DNA of 64,000 nt. It comes from an uncultured Gemmatimonadales bacterium. Its GTDB lineage: Bacteria > Gemmatimonadota > Gemmatimonadetes > Gemmatimonadales > Gemmatimonadaceae. Location of the stretch: NCBI GenBank assembly GCA_963850905.1, contig CAWKMU010000003.1, positions 2,496,001 through 2,560,000 of the forward strand, read 5' to 3'. Within the stretch, counting starts at the first letter, position 1. Each line of letters starts with the position of its first letter. Under the pieces are notes generated by a model that was not told the DNA's origin, did no database searches, and was given only the letters and a program-made list of their open reading frames with translations. The position numbers and the translations under genes are program-made. Shown here in pieces: positions 12,449 to 21,893 of the stretch.

Positions 12449-13516
12449 GTGAAGATCCTGCACGTTGTCGGTGCACGGCCGAACTTCCCGAAGCTCGCGC
12501 CGGTCTATCGTGCGGCAAAAGCGGCGGGGCTGGACCAGATCGTCATGCACACCGGGCCAGCACTACGATGACGCGATGTCCGACGCGTTCTTCCGCGACC
12601 TGGGCATCCGGCCGCCTGATGTCAACCTCGGCGTCGGGTCGGGGACGCACGCGGCAGCAGACCGCGCGCATCATGGAGCGGATCGAGCCGGAGCTGGTGG
12701 AGCATCGCGCCGGACTGGGTGGTCGTCTACGGAGACGTCAATTCCACGGCGGCCGCGGCACTGGTGGCGGTCAAGATCGGCCAGCGGGTGGCACACGTCG
12801 AGGCGGGCGTGCGGAGCCACGACCGGTCGATGCCGGAGGAGGTCAACCGGATCGTCGTCGACCGTCTCGCCGAGCTGCTGCTGACGCCGTCGCGCACGGC
12901 GGACGCGACCCTGCGTGCCGAGGGCGAGCCGGCGGCCGAGATCGCGTTCGTGGGCAACGTCATGGTCGATGCGCTGTTGTTCGCGGTGGAGCGGGCGCGG
13001 GTGACCGGTGCTCGCAAGCGCGTGGGCGCGAGGACGGGGGCGGTCGTGGTGACGCTGCACCGGCCGGCGAACGTGGACGATCTCCGCCTCGAAGGCGATT
13101 CATGGCGCGTTGCGGGCGGTGGCGCGACGATCGGCCGGTCGCTGTTCCCGGTGCACCCGCGCACGCGGGTCGCGGCTCGACGCGGCCGGGCTCGACGCCG
13201 GGGCAGTCAAAGTGATGGAGCCGGTCGGGTATCTCGAGATGCTGGATCTCATGGATGCGGCGCACGCGTTGGTCACGGATTCGGGGGGCCTGCAGGTGGA
13301 GAGTGCGGCGCTCGGCGTGCCGTGTCTGACGGTGCGGGACACGACCGAGTGGCCGGAGACGGTGGCGTGCGGCGCGAACCGGCTGGTCTTCGATCCCGCG
13401 GGCCTGCCGCGTGCCGTGGCAGGCGGTGCGCCGTGTCGCGCAGCCGCCGCGTCCCGAGGGGTGGGACGGGATGGCGGCGGTGCGGGTCGTCGACTGCTGC
13501 TGCGAGGACTCGCTGA
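12449..13516 (+). CDS. wecB: UDP-N-acetylglucosamine 2-epimerase (non-hydrolysing), copy 1, frameshifted
   Basis: [73 protein letters not shown]. Confidence 0.9.
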
Positions 13517-14632
13517 TGCGGGATCGAGGCACCGGCCGACTGGCCGCACACTGCGTCTCCTCCACGTCGTCGGCGCGCGGCCCAACATCCGAAGCTGGCG
13601 CCGGTGTACCGCGCGGCGGCAGCGCGCGGGGCTCGGACAGACCGTCGTGCATACGGGTCAGCATTACGATGACGCGTTGTCGGCGGCATTCTTCCGCGAC
13701 CTCGAGCTTGCCGCGGCCCGACATCAACCTCGATGTGGGATCGCACTCGCATGCGGTGCAGACCGCGCGGATGATGGAGCGGCTCGAGCCGGTCATCGCA
13801 GGCCGAGCGTCCCGACTGGGTGGTCGTGTACGGCGATGTGAACTCGACGGTGGCGGCGGCGCTGGTCGCGGCCAAGCTGGGTGTGCCGAGCGCGCACGTC
13901 GAGGCGGGGCTCCGGAGCGGCGACCGGCGGATGCCGGAGGAGATCAATCGGATCATCGCCGACCGGCTGGCGTCGCTTGCTGTTGACGCCGTCGCGAGAT
14001 GCGGATGCAGACGTTGCGGCGCGGAGGGTGAGCCTGGGACAGAGATCGTGTTCGTGGGGAACGTGATGATCGACAGCGTGCTGCACGCGTTGCCGCGGGC
14101 CCGCGTGCTGGAGCCGCGGTGGCGGAGCGACGCACGGCCGGTGGTGGTGACGTTGCATCGTCCGTCGAACGTGGACGATCGCGGCGCGGCTCGCGGCACT
14201 CGCGAGCGCGTTGAGCGCGGTGGCGGCGGAGCGGCAGGTGGTGTTCCCGGCGCACCCGCGGACGCGGGAACGTCTGCGGGCGTGGCGGCGTGGCGATGCC
14301 GGGCGTGACAGTGATCGAACCCGCTGGGCTACCTGGAGATGCTTGCGCTCGTCGATGCGGCGCATGCCGTGATCACGGACTCCGGCGGGCTGCAGGAGGA
14401 GACGACGGTGCTCGGTGTACCGTGCTTCACGGTGCGCGAGACAACGGAGCGGCCGGTCACGGTGCTGGAGGGCACGAACGTGATGGTGCGGGATCCCTCG
14501 GCGCTGCCGGACCTCGTCCGGGCTGCCCGGCGCCCGGATCAGCCGCGTGTGCCCGAGGGGTGGGATGGGCGGGCAGGTGGACGCATCGTCGATGCGCTGC
14601 TCGGCCAGGCCGGAAGGAGCCAGCTACGCTAA
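13516..14632 (+). CDS. wecB: UDP-N-acetylglucosamine 2-epimerase (non-hydrolysing), copy 2, frameshifted
   Basis: [84 protein letters not shown]. Confidence 0.9.
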
Positions 14633-14700
14633 TACAGTACTGGCGCGATCGCTCGCACGCATGGCTCCCAGCCGATCGCGACTCGCGGTAATTAGCAGTA

Positions 14701-14774
14701 TGGTCGCGCAGGGACTCGAACCCCGGACCTCTGGTATGTGAGACCAGCGCTCTAACCAGCTGAGCTACGCGACC
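14701..14774 (-). tRNA. tRNA-Val (anticodon CAC), CCA not encoded
   Basis: Cloverleaf on minus strand: GGTCGCG acceptor, TAGCTCAGCTGGTTAGAGC D-arm, CTGGT-CTCACAT-ACCAG anticodon arm, GGTTCGAGTCC T-arm. Confidence 0.95.
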
Positions 14775-15139
14775 GCGTGTGGAAGTTAACGACGATGACG
14801 AGGCCCAGGCAGATTGGCCCGTCAAAGCTGAACAGCGTGGCACATCAGCGGGCGGATTGCCAAACCGTCTGATTCGGATAAGGACGCACTGACGGGGCTC
14901 CGCGGCCATCGCCCGTTCCGCACCGGCCGCGGACAACGAACCTCACTGTGGAGGCGCGGGAATCCCTGCGGGCACCCGACCTGTGCGGACACGTACATGC
15001 TGTCCGCGAGCCCGATCAACCATGGGAATCGCTCCAATGCGTGCCGAAGCCACTCAGGCCTCTGAACGACTGCACTGAAGTTGCCGCTACCCTGCAAGCC
15101 GCGAGTGGCACCGGAAGCGAAACCCGGCTACCATGCCGC

Positions 15140-16435
15140 ATGGCGCAAACGGGAACCGCCCTCCTCCCGCTGCACTACGGCCGCGTCCCGCCGTGGCTCG
15201 CGACGCGCATGGCAACACTGGGCCGCGTGATCACCGAGGCCATCGTCCTCGAGTACGGGCGCGAGGAGTTCCTGCGGCGTCTCGCGCACCCGGGATGGTT
15301 CCAGGCCTTCGGTGCCGTCATGGGGATGGACTGGCATTCGTCAGGCATCACCACGTCAGTACTCGGCGCGCTCAAACGCGGGCTCGCGCCCGTCCGATGG
15401 GAGCTCGGCGTGCATGTCTGCGGTGGGCGCGGCGCAGAGTCCCGGAAAACGCCCGGCGAGCTACGCGCGATCGGGGATCGCTCGGGCCTGGATGGCGATG
15501 CCCTGGCACGCGCGAGCCGGCTCGTCGCCAAGGTCGATAGCGCCGCCGTGCAGGACGGCTATGACCTCTACCTCCACGGATTCGTCGTCGGCGCGGACGG
15601 GCGATGGGCCGTCGTGCAACAGGGCATGCACGGCGAGGAGCGCATGGCGCGGCGCTACCACTGGCTGAGCGATCGAGCCGTAAACTTCGTCGACGCGCCC
15701 CACGCCGCCATCGACGGCCCGCCTCGGCCGGCCCCGATCGTCAATCTCACCGACTCGAGGGCCGCTGACGCGCGCACAGCACAACTCGCGATCGTGCGAG
15801 AAGGTCCGGATTCGGTCGCACGCGCGGTGCGCACGCACGGACTGGTTTGGCGGAGCAGGGCACCGACACCGAGCCAGGACCAGATCCGACTGCCATTCCA
15901 TCACGACGTGCGTCCCGAGGACATCCTCGGTCAGCGCCTGCACGCGACCGTCGCCGCGGCGCACGAGCGCGGACCTGTCGATTTCGCCGATCTGTTGCTC
16001 GTGCCTGGAGTCGGCGCGCGTACGGTCTTCGCGCTCGCCCTCGTCGGGGAAGTGGTCTACGGTGCACCGAGTCGATTCAGCGACCCCGCCCGCTTCTCGC
16101 TCGCCCATGGCGGGAAGGACGGGCATCCGTATCCGGTGCCGCTACGGGTGTACGACGAGACGATCCGTGTCCTCAAGACGGCTGTTGGGCGGGCCAAGAT
16201 CGGCAACGACGATCGTCTCGCGGCCCTTCGTCGCCTCGACGCGGAAGCGCGCCGCCTGGAGCGCGCTGGAGGAGTAGCTGACGTCGCGGCGTTCATTGCG
16301 GAGGAGCGCAAGGAGTCGCCAGCGCGCGGCGGCATGACGGCCGGTGCCCGCCGGTCGTTAGGCCGAGGGACCAAGGCGGACAATGCCCCCCAGCTGCCCC
16401 TACTCGGCGGGCCAGTCGCTTCGTCCGGCACCTAG
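15140..16435 (+). CDS. DUF763 domain-containing protein
   Basis: LPLHYGRVPPWL, WFQAFGAVMGMDWHSSGITT, CGGRG, SRLVAKVDSAAVQDGY, QQGM, ARRYHW, FSLAHGGKDGHPYPV; start chosen at ATG 15140. Confidence 0.88.
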   Translation: MAQTGTALLPLHYGRVPPWLATRMATLGRVITEAIVLEYGREEFLRRLAHPGWFQAFGAVMGMDWHSSGITTSVLGALKRGLAPVRWELGVHVCGGRGAESRKTPGELRAIGDRSGLDGDALARASRLVAKVDSAAVQDGYDLYLHGFVVGADGRWAVVQQGMHGEERMARRYHWLSDRAVNFVDAPHAAIDGPPRPAPIVNLTDSRAADARTAQLAIVREGPDSVARAVRTHGLVWRSRAPTPSQDQIRLPFHHDVRPEDILGQRLHATVAAAHERGPVDFADLLLVPGVGARTVFALALVGEVVYGAPSRFSDPARFSLAHGGKDGHPYPVPLRVYDETIRVLKTAVGRAKIGNDDRLAALRRLDAEARRLERAGGVADVAAFIAEERKESPARGGMTAGARRSLGRGTKADNAPQLPLLGGPVASSGT

Positions 16436-16541
16436 TCCGACGCGCGCGGCCCGGTGCCGCGCTTATTGCGGCGCGACCAACCTTCTCGGGAGAGCCGGAA
16501 GACACTCCAGGGGCCGAGGCCGCCCAATGGGCGGACTGCAA

Positions 16542-16615
16542 TCCGCCCGGCAGGATTCGAACCTGCGACCCCGGAATTATGAGTTCCTTGCTCTAACCAG
16601 CTGAGCTACGGGCGG
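16542..16615 (-). tRNA. tRNA with CAT anticodon (probably Ile2; elongator Met not excluded), CCA not encoded
   Basis: CCGCCCG acceptor, TAGCTCAGCTGGTTAGAGC D-arm, AGGAA-CTCATAA-TTCCG anticodon arm, GCAGG-TTCGAAT-CCTGC T-arm; lacks fMet hallmarks. Confidence 0.9.
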
Positions 16616-16926
16616 TAAGCTGTTGCAGAATAACAGGCGGTCTGGCGCCGCGAAACGCTGGACCCTGCGCCCTGGGACACTTCCTGCGAGCCGAAACCTG
16701 TCGGCTAACTGCGCGCACTGACAAATGTGGCCGAAGCGGCCACGCAGGCTCTTCATGCGGTAACCCGCCCTGTAGGTGCGCGTTGCCGCTCGGACTACTC
16801 GCTTGGAACGTGGTTGCGCAACAACGCCGGCCCAGTCACCGGCCCACGGTTTTTTCCAACCACCCAGCACGAACCACCCTCACCGTGCCTTGCCACCCGG
16901 CCGCCCGCCAGCGTTGCGCTCTTTAA

Positions 16927-16955
16927 TTGACTTCTGAAACCAGCGGCGTTAGATC
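16927..16955 (+). promoter_or_regulatory. Putative sigma70 promoter for the susC/susD-like operon
   Basis: TTGACT-17 nt-TAGATC in an AT-rich patch. Confidence 0.35.
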
Positions 16956-17246
16956 AGGCCCCGTGAAGAAATCGTAAAGATTCTGTGCAATCCGCTTCGT
17001 CGGTTCTGGGAAGCTGGCGCCGTCGCCTAAGCGCGCTGTGCGCGGCGGCCGTTGGAAGCTGGAGACCCTGACCCTGGAGGTGTGGAGGCTAGAGAGGCCG
17101 CCAAATAATCGATTTGCGTCCGAGTTACTTCGCTCGGGGAGCACGCGGTGGCGTCGGCCCACTCGCGACTCAATGGCTCCCCTGCAACCGGCGCTTCGGC
17201 GCCGGCGATCGGTTGGAAAACCGTCATCCCACGCTAGGGGGGATAC

Positions 17247-20200
17247 ATGGACTTTCGATCAGTCGTCGCAAGGTCTCGCGTTCGCTTAGGCCTCGCGGTC
17301 GTCGCAGTGATGTGCGTTGCGACGACGGCGTTCGGCCAGCAGGAAACGCGAGTTACAGGCCGCGTGGTCGACGCGGCCGACAACGCGCCAGTCCCGGCGG
17401 CACCGATCGTGGTCACCGGGACCACGATCGGAACGAACACATCCGACAGTGGAACGTTCACCCTGCGCCTGCCGGCGGACGTCAGGAGCTTTACGGTCCG
17501 GCGCATCGGCTACCTGGCGCAGACGGTCCCAGTCGCGCCGGGCAAGACCGAGTACGTTGTCGCGCTGCAGAAGGACGTCTTGCGGCTGGAAGCACAGGTC
17601 GTGACCGGCGTGGCCACGACGGTGTCGTCGCAGAACGCCGCCAACGCCGTGTCGGTCGTGACCACCAATGAAGTCAGCGAAGTGCCCTCGCCGACGATGG
17701 AGAATTCGCTCGAGGGCAAGATTCCGAGCGCTGTCGTCGAGAACCTGAACGGTGGCGCTCCGGGGGGCGGCGTGCAGGTGCAGATCCGTGGCGTGACCAC
17801 GATCAACGCGAACGCCGAGCCACTCTACGTCATCGACGGCGTGATCATCAACAACGCGACCGTCAGCGAAGACCAGAATGCGATCTCGCGCGCTGGCGGC
17901 ACCTCTCCCAGCGGCGTGTCCTCGACCGGCGGCGCGCCCAGCTCCGAAGACAACGGCGTCAACCGCATCGCGGACATCAACCCGGATGACATCGAGTCGG
18001 TCGAGGTCCTCAAGGGCGCGTCCGCGTCGGCAATCTATGGCTCCAAGGCGTCAGCCGGCGTCGTCGTCATCACGACGAAGCGCGGCACGACCGGGAAGCC
18101 CAGGTGGACGGTGAGCGGCCAGGTCGGACAGTTCACGGACGCGAACACGATCCCGATGCGGACCTTCCCGACACTGGCGAGTGCGCAGAGCTGGTACCTC
18201 AATGACGTGCAGGCCAAGGACATTGGCGACCCGTCAAAGGTTGCAGCCGATAACGCACTCATCGCATCGGTCTACGGCGGGAACCAGAATTTCCAGAGTC
18301 AGCTCTTCGGCAACAGCCAGGCCGCGTACCAATCCGAGATCTCGGTGAGCGGCACGTCGGGCCAGACGGAGTACTTCGTGTCCGGGCTGTCGAAGTACGA
18401 CAACGGGACCATGCTGAACACAGGCTACAACAAGCAGTCCGTGCGCACGAACGTCACGCAGACGTTCCTGCCCAACATGACAATGTCGGCGAATCTGAAC
18501 TACATCCACGACGTCACGCGGCGCAGCATCTCGGGCAACGACAACAACTCCGTGAGCCCGTACGACGTCTTCTCCTACACGCCGCAACTGATCAACCTCG
18601 ATCACATCAGTCCAGCCGGCGCGTGGGCGTACAATCCCTTCGGCCCCGCCAATCCGTTTGCGGATGCGGATGACATCGATACGCCGCAGGAAGCCAGTCG
18701 ATTCATCGGCGGCGGCAACTTCAGTTGGACGCCCTGGCACACCGAGCACCAGAGCCTCGCGGTGAACCTCGTGGGAGGTGCGGACCTCACGAGCCTCAAC
18801 GACAAGCTGTACGCGCCGCCGACGCTGCAGTTCCAGCAGCAAATAACGACGGGTCTGCCGGGGACGTCGCTGACCAACACGGCGCAGATCAACTACATCA
18901 ACTACTCGGTGAACCTCATTCACCACTACACCGGGCTGTCCTGGCTCGACGCGACCACGTCGGCGGGCTTCGTCCGCGAGCGGCGGTCCCTGTCCAACCC
19001 GGTGACCGTTGGCTATGCCACGCTGGCGGGGGTCAACGCTCCGACGGTTGGCACGGTTACGAGCAACTACTACTACCAGACGGCGGAGCTGGATCAATCG
19101 CTCTATGGGCAGGAGCAGATCATCACCTTGAACAATCGTCTGACGGCGACCGCTGGCGTAACCGGCGAGCGCTCGACGCTCGACGGCGACATCGGAAAGT
19201 TCTATGCCTATCCGCGGTTCTCGGCATCCTATCGACTCCCGGAGTTCGCCCCGAGCGTCCTGGATGAGTTCAAGGTCCGCGCCGCCATCGGCCAGTCCGG
19301 AAACCTGGGAAATTACGGCGCGAAGTACACGCCCTATAACCCGGTGCAGCTCGACCAGCTCGAGGGGATCGCGCGCCCGTCCCTCCTCGGTGACATCAAC
19401 CTGCGCCCGGAAGCCGAGCAGGAAACCGAGCTCGGGTTCGACGCGACGATGCTCAAGTCGCGAGCCGCGTTCTCGTTCACGGTCTACCAGAAGCGGATCA
19501 CCAGCCTGCTGCTCCAGCAGGGTGTCGCGCCGTCTCAGGGCTTCACGAACGACTGGATCAATGGCGGTGAGTTCACGAACCAGGGTATCGAGCTCCAACT
19601 GCAGGCGACGCCGGTCCAGCTGCGCAACGGATTCACCTGGATCGCTTCGACAATGTTCTCACGCAACTACAGCGTCGTGAATAGCCTGCCGGGGAAGGGT
19701 TCACCCTTCACGGTGGGCTCGAACTTTGGCTACGGCGCCGACCTCCTGGCCACAGGCCGATCGGCCACAGAGCTCGTCAATACGTTCTCCAATGCGGCAG
19801 AGCCGGGTGGCTACCAAGTGCAGGTCGGCGACTTCATGCACAGCTTCACCATGAGCTTGAGCAACGAGCTCACGTGGAAGAATATCCGCGTGTACGGACT
19901 CATCGAATGGGACCGCGGCGGCAACGAGATCAATCTGACGCAACAGTACTTCGACACGGGACCGCAGCTTGGCACGGACTCGGCAGCGGTCGTGGCCCGC
20001 AACAACGGGCTCACCGCCGGACAGGAGGTCTACGTCGAGCCCGCAGGCTTCTTCAAGGTTCGCGAGGTCACGGTCAGCTACACGCTGCCCGCCAGGCTGG
20101 TGAACACGATCGGTCTTGGTCACCTGGCGAGCGCTCGGCTCAATGTGAGCGGCTACAACCTGTGGTCCGTCTTCAACTACGCAGGCCTCGATCCCGAGGT

Positions 20201-20297
20201 GAGCGCGTTCGGCAATCAGGCCGTCGGCCGCGGCTACAATGTCACTCCCTATCCGCCGGCGAAGAGCTTGTTCGTCGGCCTCAACCTGGGGCTCTGA
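17247..20297 (+). CDS. SusC/RagA-family TonB-dependent outer-membrane receptor
   Basis: Signal peptide, carboxypeptidase-regulatory-like N-domain, IRGVTTI, PLYVIDG, DINPDDIESVEVLKGASASAIYGSKASAGVVVITTKRG, GLDPEVS, C-terminal beta strand. Confidence 0.93.
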   Translation: MDFRSVVARSRVRLGLAVVAVMCVATTAFGQQETRVTGRVVDAADNAPVPAAPIVVTGTTIGTNTSDSGTFTLRLPADVRSFTVRRIGYLAQTVPVAPGKTEYVVALQKDVLRLEAQVVTGVATTVSSQNAANAVSVVTTNEVSEVPSPTMENSLEGKIPSAVVENLNGGAPGGGVQVQIRGVTTINANAEPLYVIDGVIINNATVSEDQNAISRAGGTSPSGVSSTGGAPSSEDNGVNRIADINPDDIESVEVLKGASASAIYGSKASAGVVVITTKRGTTGKPRWTVSGQVGQFTDANTIPMRTFPTLASAQSWYLNDVQAKDIGDPSKVAADNALIASVYGGNQNFQSQLFGNSQAAYQSEISVSGTSGQTEYFVSGLSKYDNGTMLNTGYNKQSVRTNVTQTFLPNMTMSANLNYIHDVTRRSISGNDNNSVSPYDVFSYTPQLINLDHISPAGAWAYNPFGPANPFADADDIDTPQEASRFIGGGNFSWTPWHTEHQSLAVNLVGGADLTSLNDKLYAPPTLQFQQQITTGLPGTSLTNTAQINYINYSVNLIHHYTGLSWLDATTSAGFVRERRSLSNPVTVGYATLAGVNAPTVGTVTSNYYYQTAELDQSLYGQEQIITLNNRLTATAGVTGERSTLDGDIGKFYAYPRFSASYRLPEFAPSVLDEFKVRAAIGQSGNLGNYGAKYTPYNPVQLDQLEGIARPSLLGDINLRPEAEQETELGFDATMLKSRAAFSFTVYQKRITSLLLQQGVAPSQGFTNDWINGGEFTNQGIELQLQATPVQLRNGFTWIASTMFSRNYSVVNSLPGKGSPFTVGSNFGYGADLLATGRSATELVNTFSNAAEPGGYQVQVGDFMHSFTMSLSNELTWKNIRVYGLIEWDRGGNEINLTQQYFDTGPQLGTDSAAVVARNNGLTAGQEVYVEPAGFFKVREVTVSYTLPARLVNTIGLGHLASARLNVSGYNLWSVFNYAGLDPEVSAFGNQAVGRGYNVTPYPPAKSLFVGLNLGL

Positions 20298-20298
20298 C

Positions 20299-21888
20299 AT
20301 GACACACACACACATGACTCATATGTCCACCGATCAGAGCAGGGATCGCCGGTCGCACAGCCGTCTGGCGGTCGCCGTCGGTGCTATCGCCGCAATGGCG
20401 CTGCTCGCGGCGTGCTCCGATACCAACGTACCGTACTACACGGCGCCCACGTCGGTGTCGGAGTCGCCGGCAGGTATTCAGAACGCGGTGACCGGTGTCT
20501 TCGCGGCGACGCGTATCGATGTAGGGGGGATCGTCACCACGCTCTCAGCAGGGTACGCGCGCAATGGTGCGGTCTTCGAGAATACCGAAGCCCGGACCGT
20601 GCAATACCCGCTAGGCGTCTTGGCGACCCCAACGTCGAGCGGCGCCGTCTGGGGCCAGGAGTATCAGAACATCGTCCAGGCGCACCAAACAATGCAGGCG
20701 CTGCCGGGCGTGGCCCCGGCGTACACGTCAGCGCAGCTTGGGGCGCTGAATGGTGTGTTGCAGACGGTGATCGCGTACAACTACATGCTCATGGCCGAAG
20801 CGCACGACACCCTGGGGATCGCGATCATGGGTCCGGATATCGCAAGCGCGCCCTCCCCAGGGTATTGCAACAAGGACGCGTGGGCGTACATCGTCGCGTT
20901 GCTCGATTCGGCCAACACGAATCTCACCACAGGCGGCTCCACGGCGATTCCGGTGCAGCTCCCGAAGGGTTTTGCCGCGCTCAGCGTGGCGGGCCCGAGC
21001 ACGACGGTTGGCACGTTTGCCTCATTCAACCGGGCGCTGGCAGCCAAGGCGAATCTGGAGATGGCGTACGCGATCGCACGAACCACCAAGGGTAGTTCCC
21101 CGGACACAGCGAGCCCCGGGTCTCCCGATCCAGCTGCGTTGACGGCCGCGATGACGGCACTCACTGCGTCGGCCCTGTACAACCCGGCTCAGCTCGCGCC
21201 GGACCCGTCCGGGGGCTTCAGCCCCGGGCCCTTCGTGATTACTCACGACTACAGTGCCAATTCGGGTGACCTTACAAACCCGATCAAGGCAGAATTGGGC
21301 GACCTGGCGCTACTCAACGATTTCGTGGTGTCCGTGGACACCATCAACGATCTTCGGTGGAAGGCGAAGGTTGGCCCGAACCCCAACCCAGTCCAGCAAC
21401 AGCTCTACAATCCGGTGACCTCGAAGTACATCCCCACGATGTACACGTCCACCAACGCCTCCATTCCGATCCTCCGTGAAGTGCAGCTCGTACTGTGGCA
21501 CGCACAGATCTTGATGGGGCAGGCGAACTACGCGGGTGCTCTGGCCGACGTCAATCTGGTCAGGACAACCGTGGGTGGGCCGGGTCTCACGCCCTATCCG
21601 GCATCGGACGCGACCGCGGGGAATCCCTACGTGCAGGTGCGGAACGACCTCCTGAAGGAGCAACGGATCTCGACCACTTTTGAGTCGAGCGCCGACCGGA
21701 CGATCTCGCTTCGCATGTACGGGCTCGCGGCGGCTGCCGACACAACGTGGGGCGTGAACGGCGTACTCCCTCACGGTGGCACGGAAGACCCGCTCGTCAC
21801 GGTCAACGACACCCACACCACGATCGAGCCCATTCCGCTGACGGAGCTGACGGCTCGCGGCGGGACGTTCACGACGACGTGTAAGTAA
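20299..21888 (+). CDS. SusD/RagB-family outer-membrane lipoprotein
   Basis: Lipobox ALLAAC; directly after susC; C-terminal IPILREVQLVLWHAQ...ALADVNLVR...LLKEQR pattern; three in-frame ATGs (20299/20314/20323). Confidence 0.8.
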   Translation: MTHTHMTHMSTDQSRDRRSHSRLAVAVGAIAAMALLAACSDTNVPYYTAPTSVSESPAGIQNAVTGVFAATRIDVGGIVTTLSAGYARNGAVFENTEARTVQYPLGVLATPTSSGAVWGQEYQNIVQAHQTMQALPGVAPAYTSAQLGALNGVLQTVIAYNYMLMAEAHDTLGIAIMGPDIASAPSPGYCNKDAWAYIVALLDSANTNLTTGGSTAIPVQLPKGFAALSVAGPSTTVGTFASFNRALAAKANLEMAYAIARTTKGSSPDTASPGSPDPAALTAAMTALTASALYNPAQLAPDPSGGFSPGPFVITHDYSANSGDLTNPIKAELGDLALLNDFVVSVDTINDLRWKAKVGPNPNPVQQQLYNPVTSKYIPTMYTSTNASIPILREVQLVLWHAQILMGQANYAGALADVNLVRTTVGGPGLTPYPASDATAGNPYVQVRNDLLKEQRISTTFESSADRTISLRMYGLAAAADTTWGVNGVLPHGGTEDPLVTVNDTHTTIEPIPLTELTARGGTFTTTCK

Positions 21889-21893
21889 GAAAA

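Noticed and set aside
14822..15097. Minus-strand 91-aa ORF upstream of tRNA-Val
   Set aside because: No recognisable motif or SD; it could be a gene remnant but cannot be supported
17000..17100. Cobalamin riboswitch upstream of the TonB-dependent receptor
   Set aside because: GGGAAG and GGAGACC-like words occur, but the B12-box and core consensus are not present in order
18234..19598. Long antisense and alternative-frame ORFs (here, and for example 27240-28775 and 46922-48811)
   Set aside because: They are shadows of real genes in high-GC DNA, with Arg/Pro/Ala-rich or antisense-biased composition and no motifs
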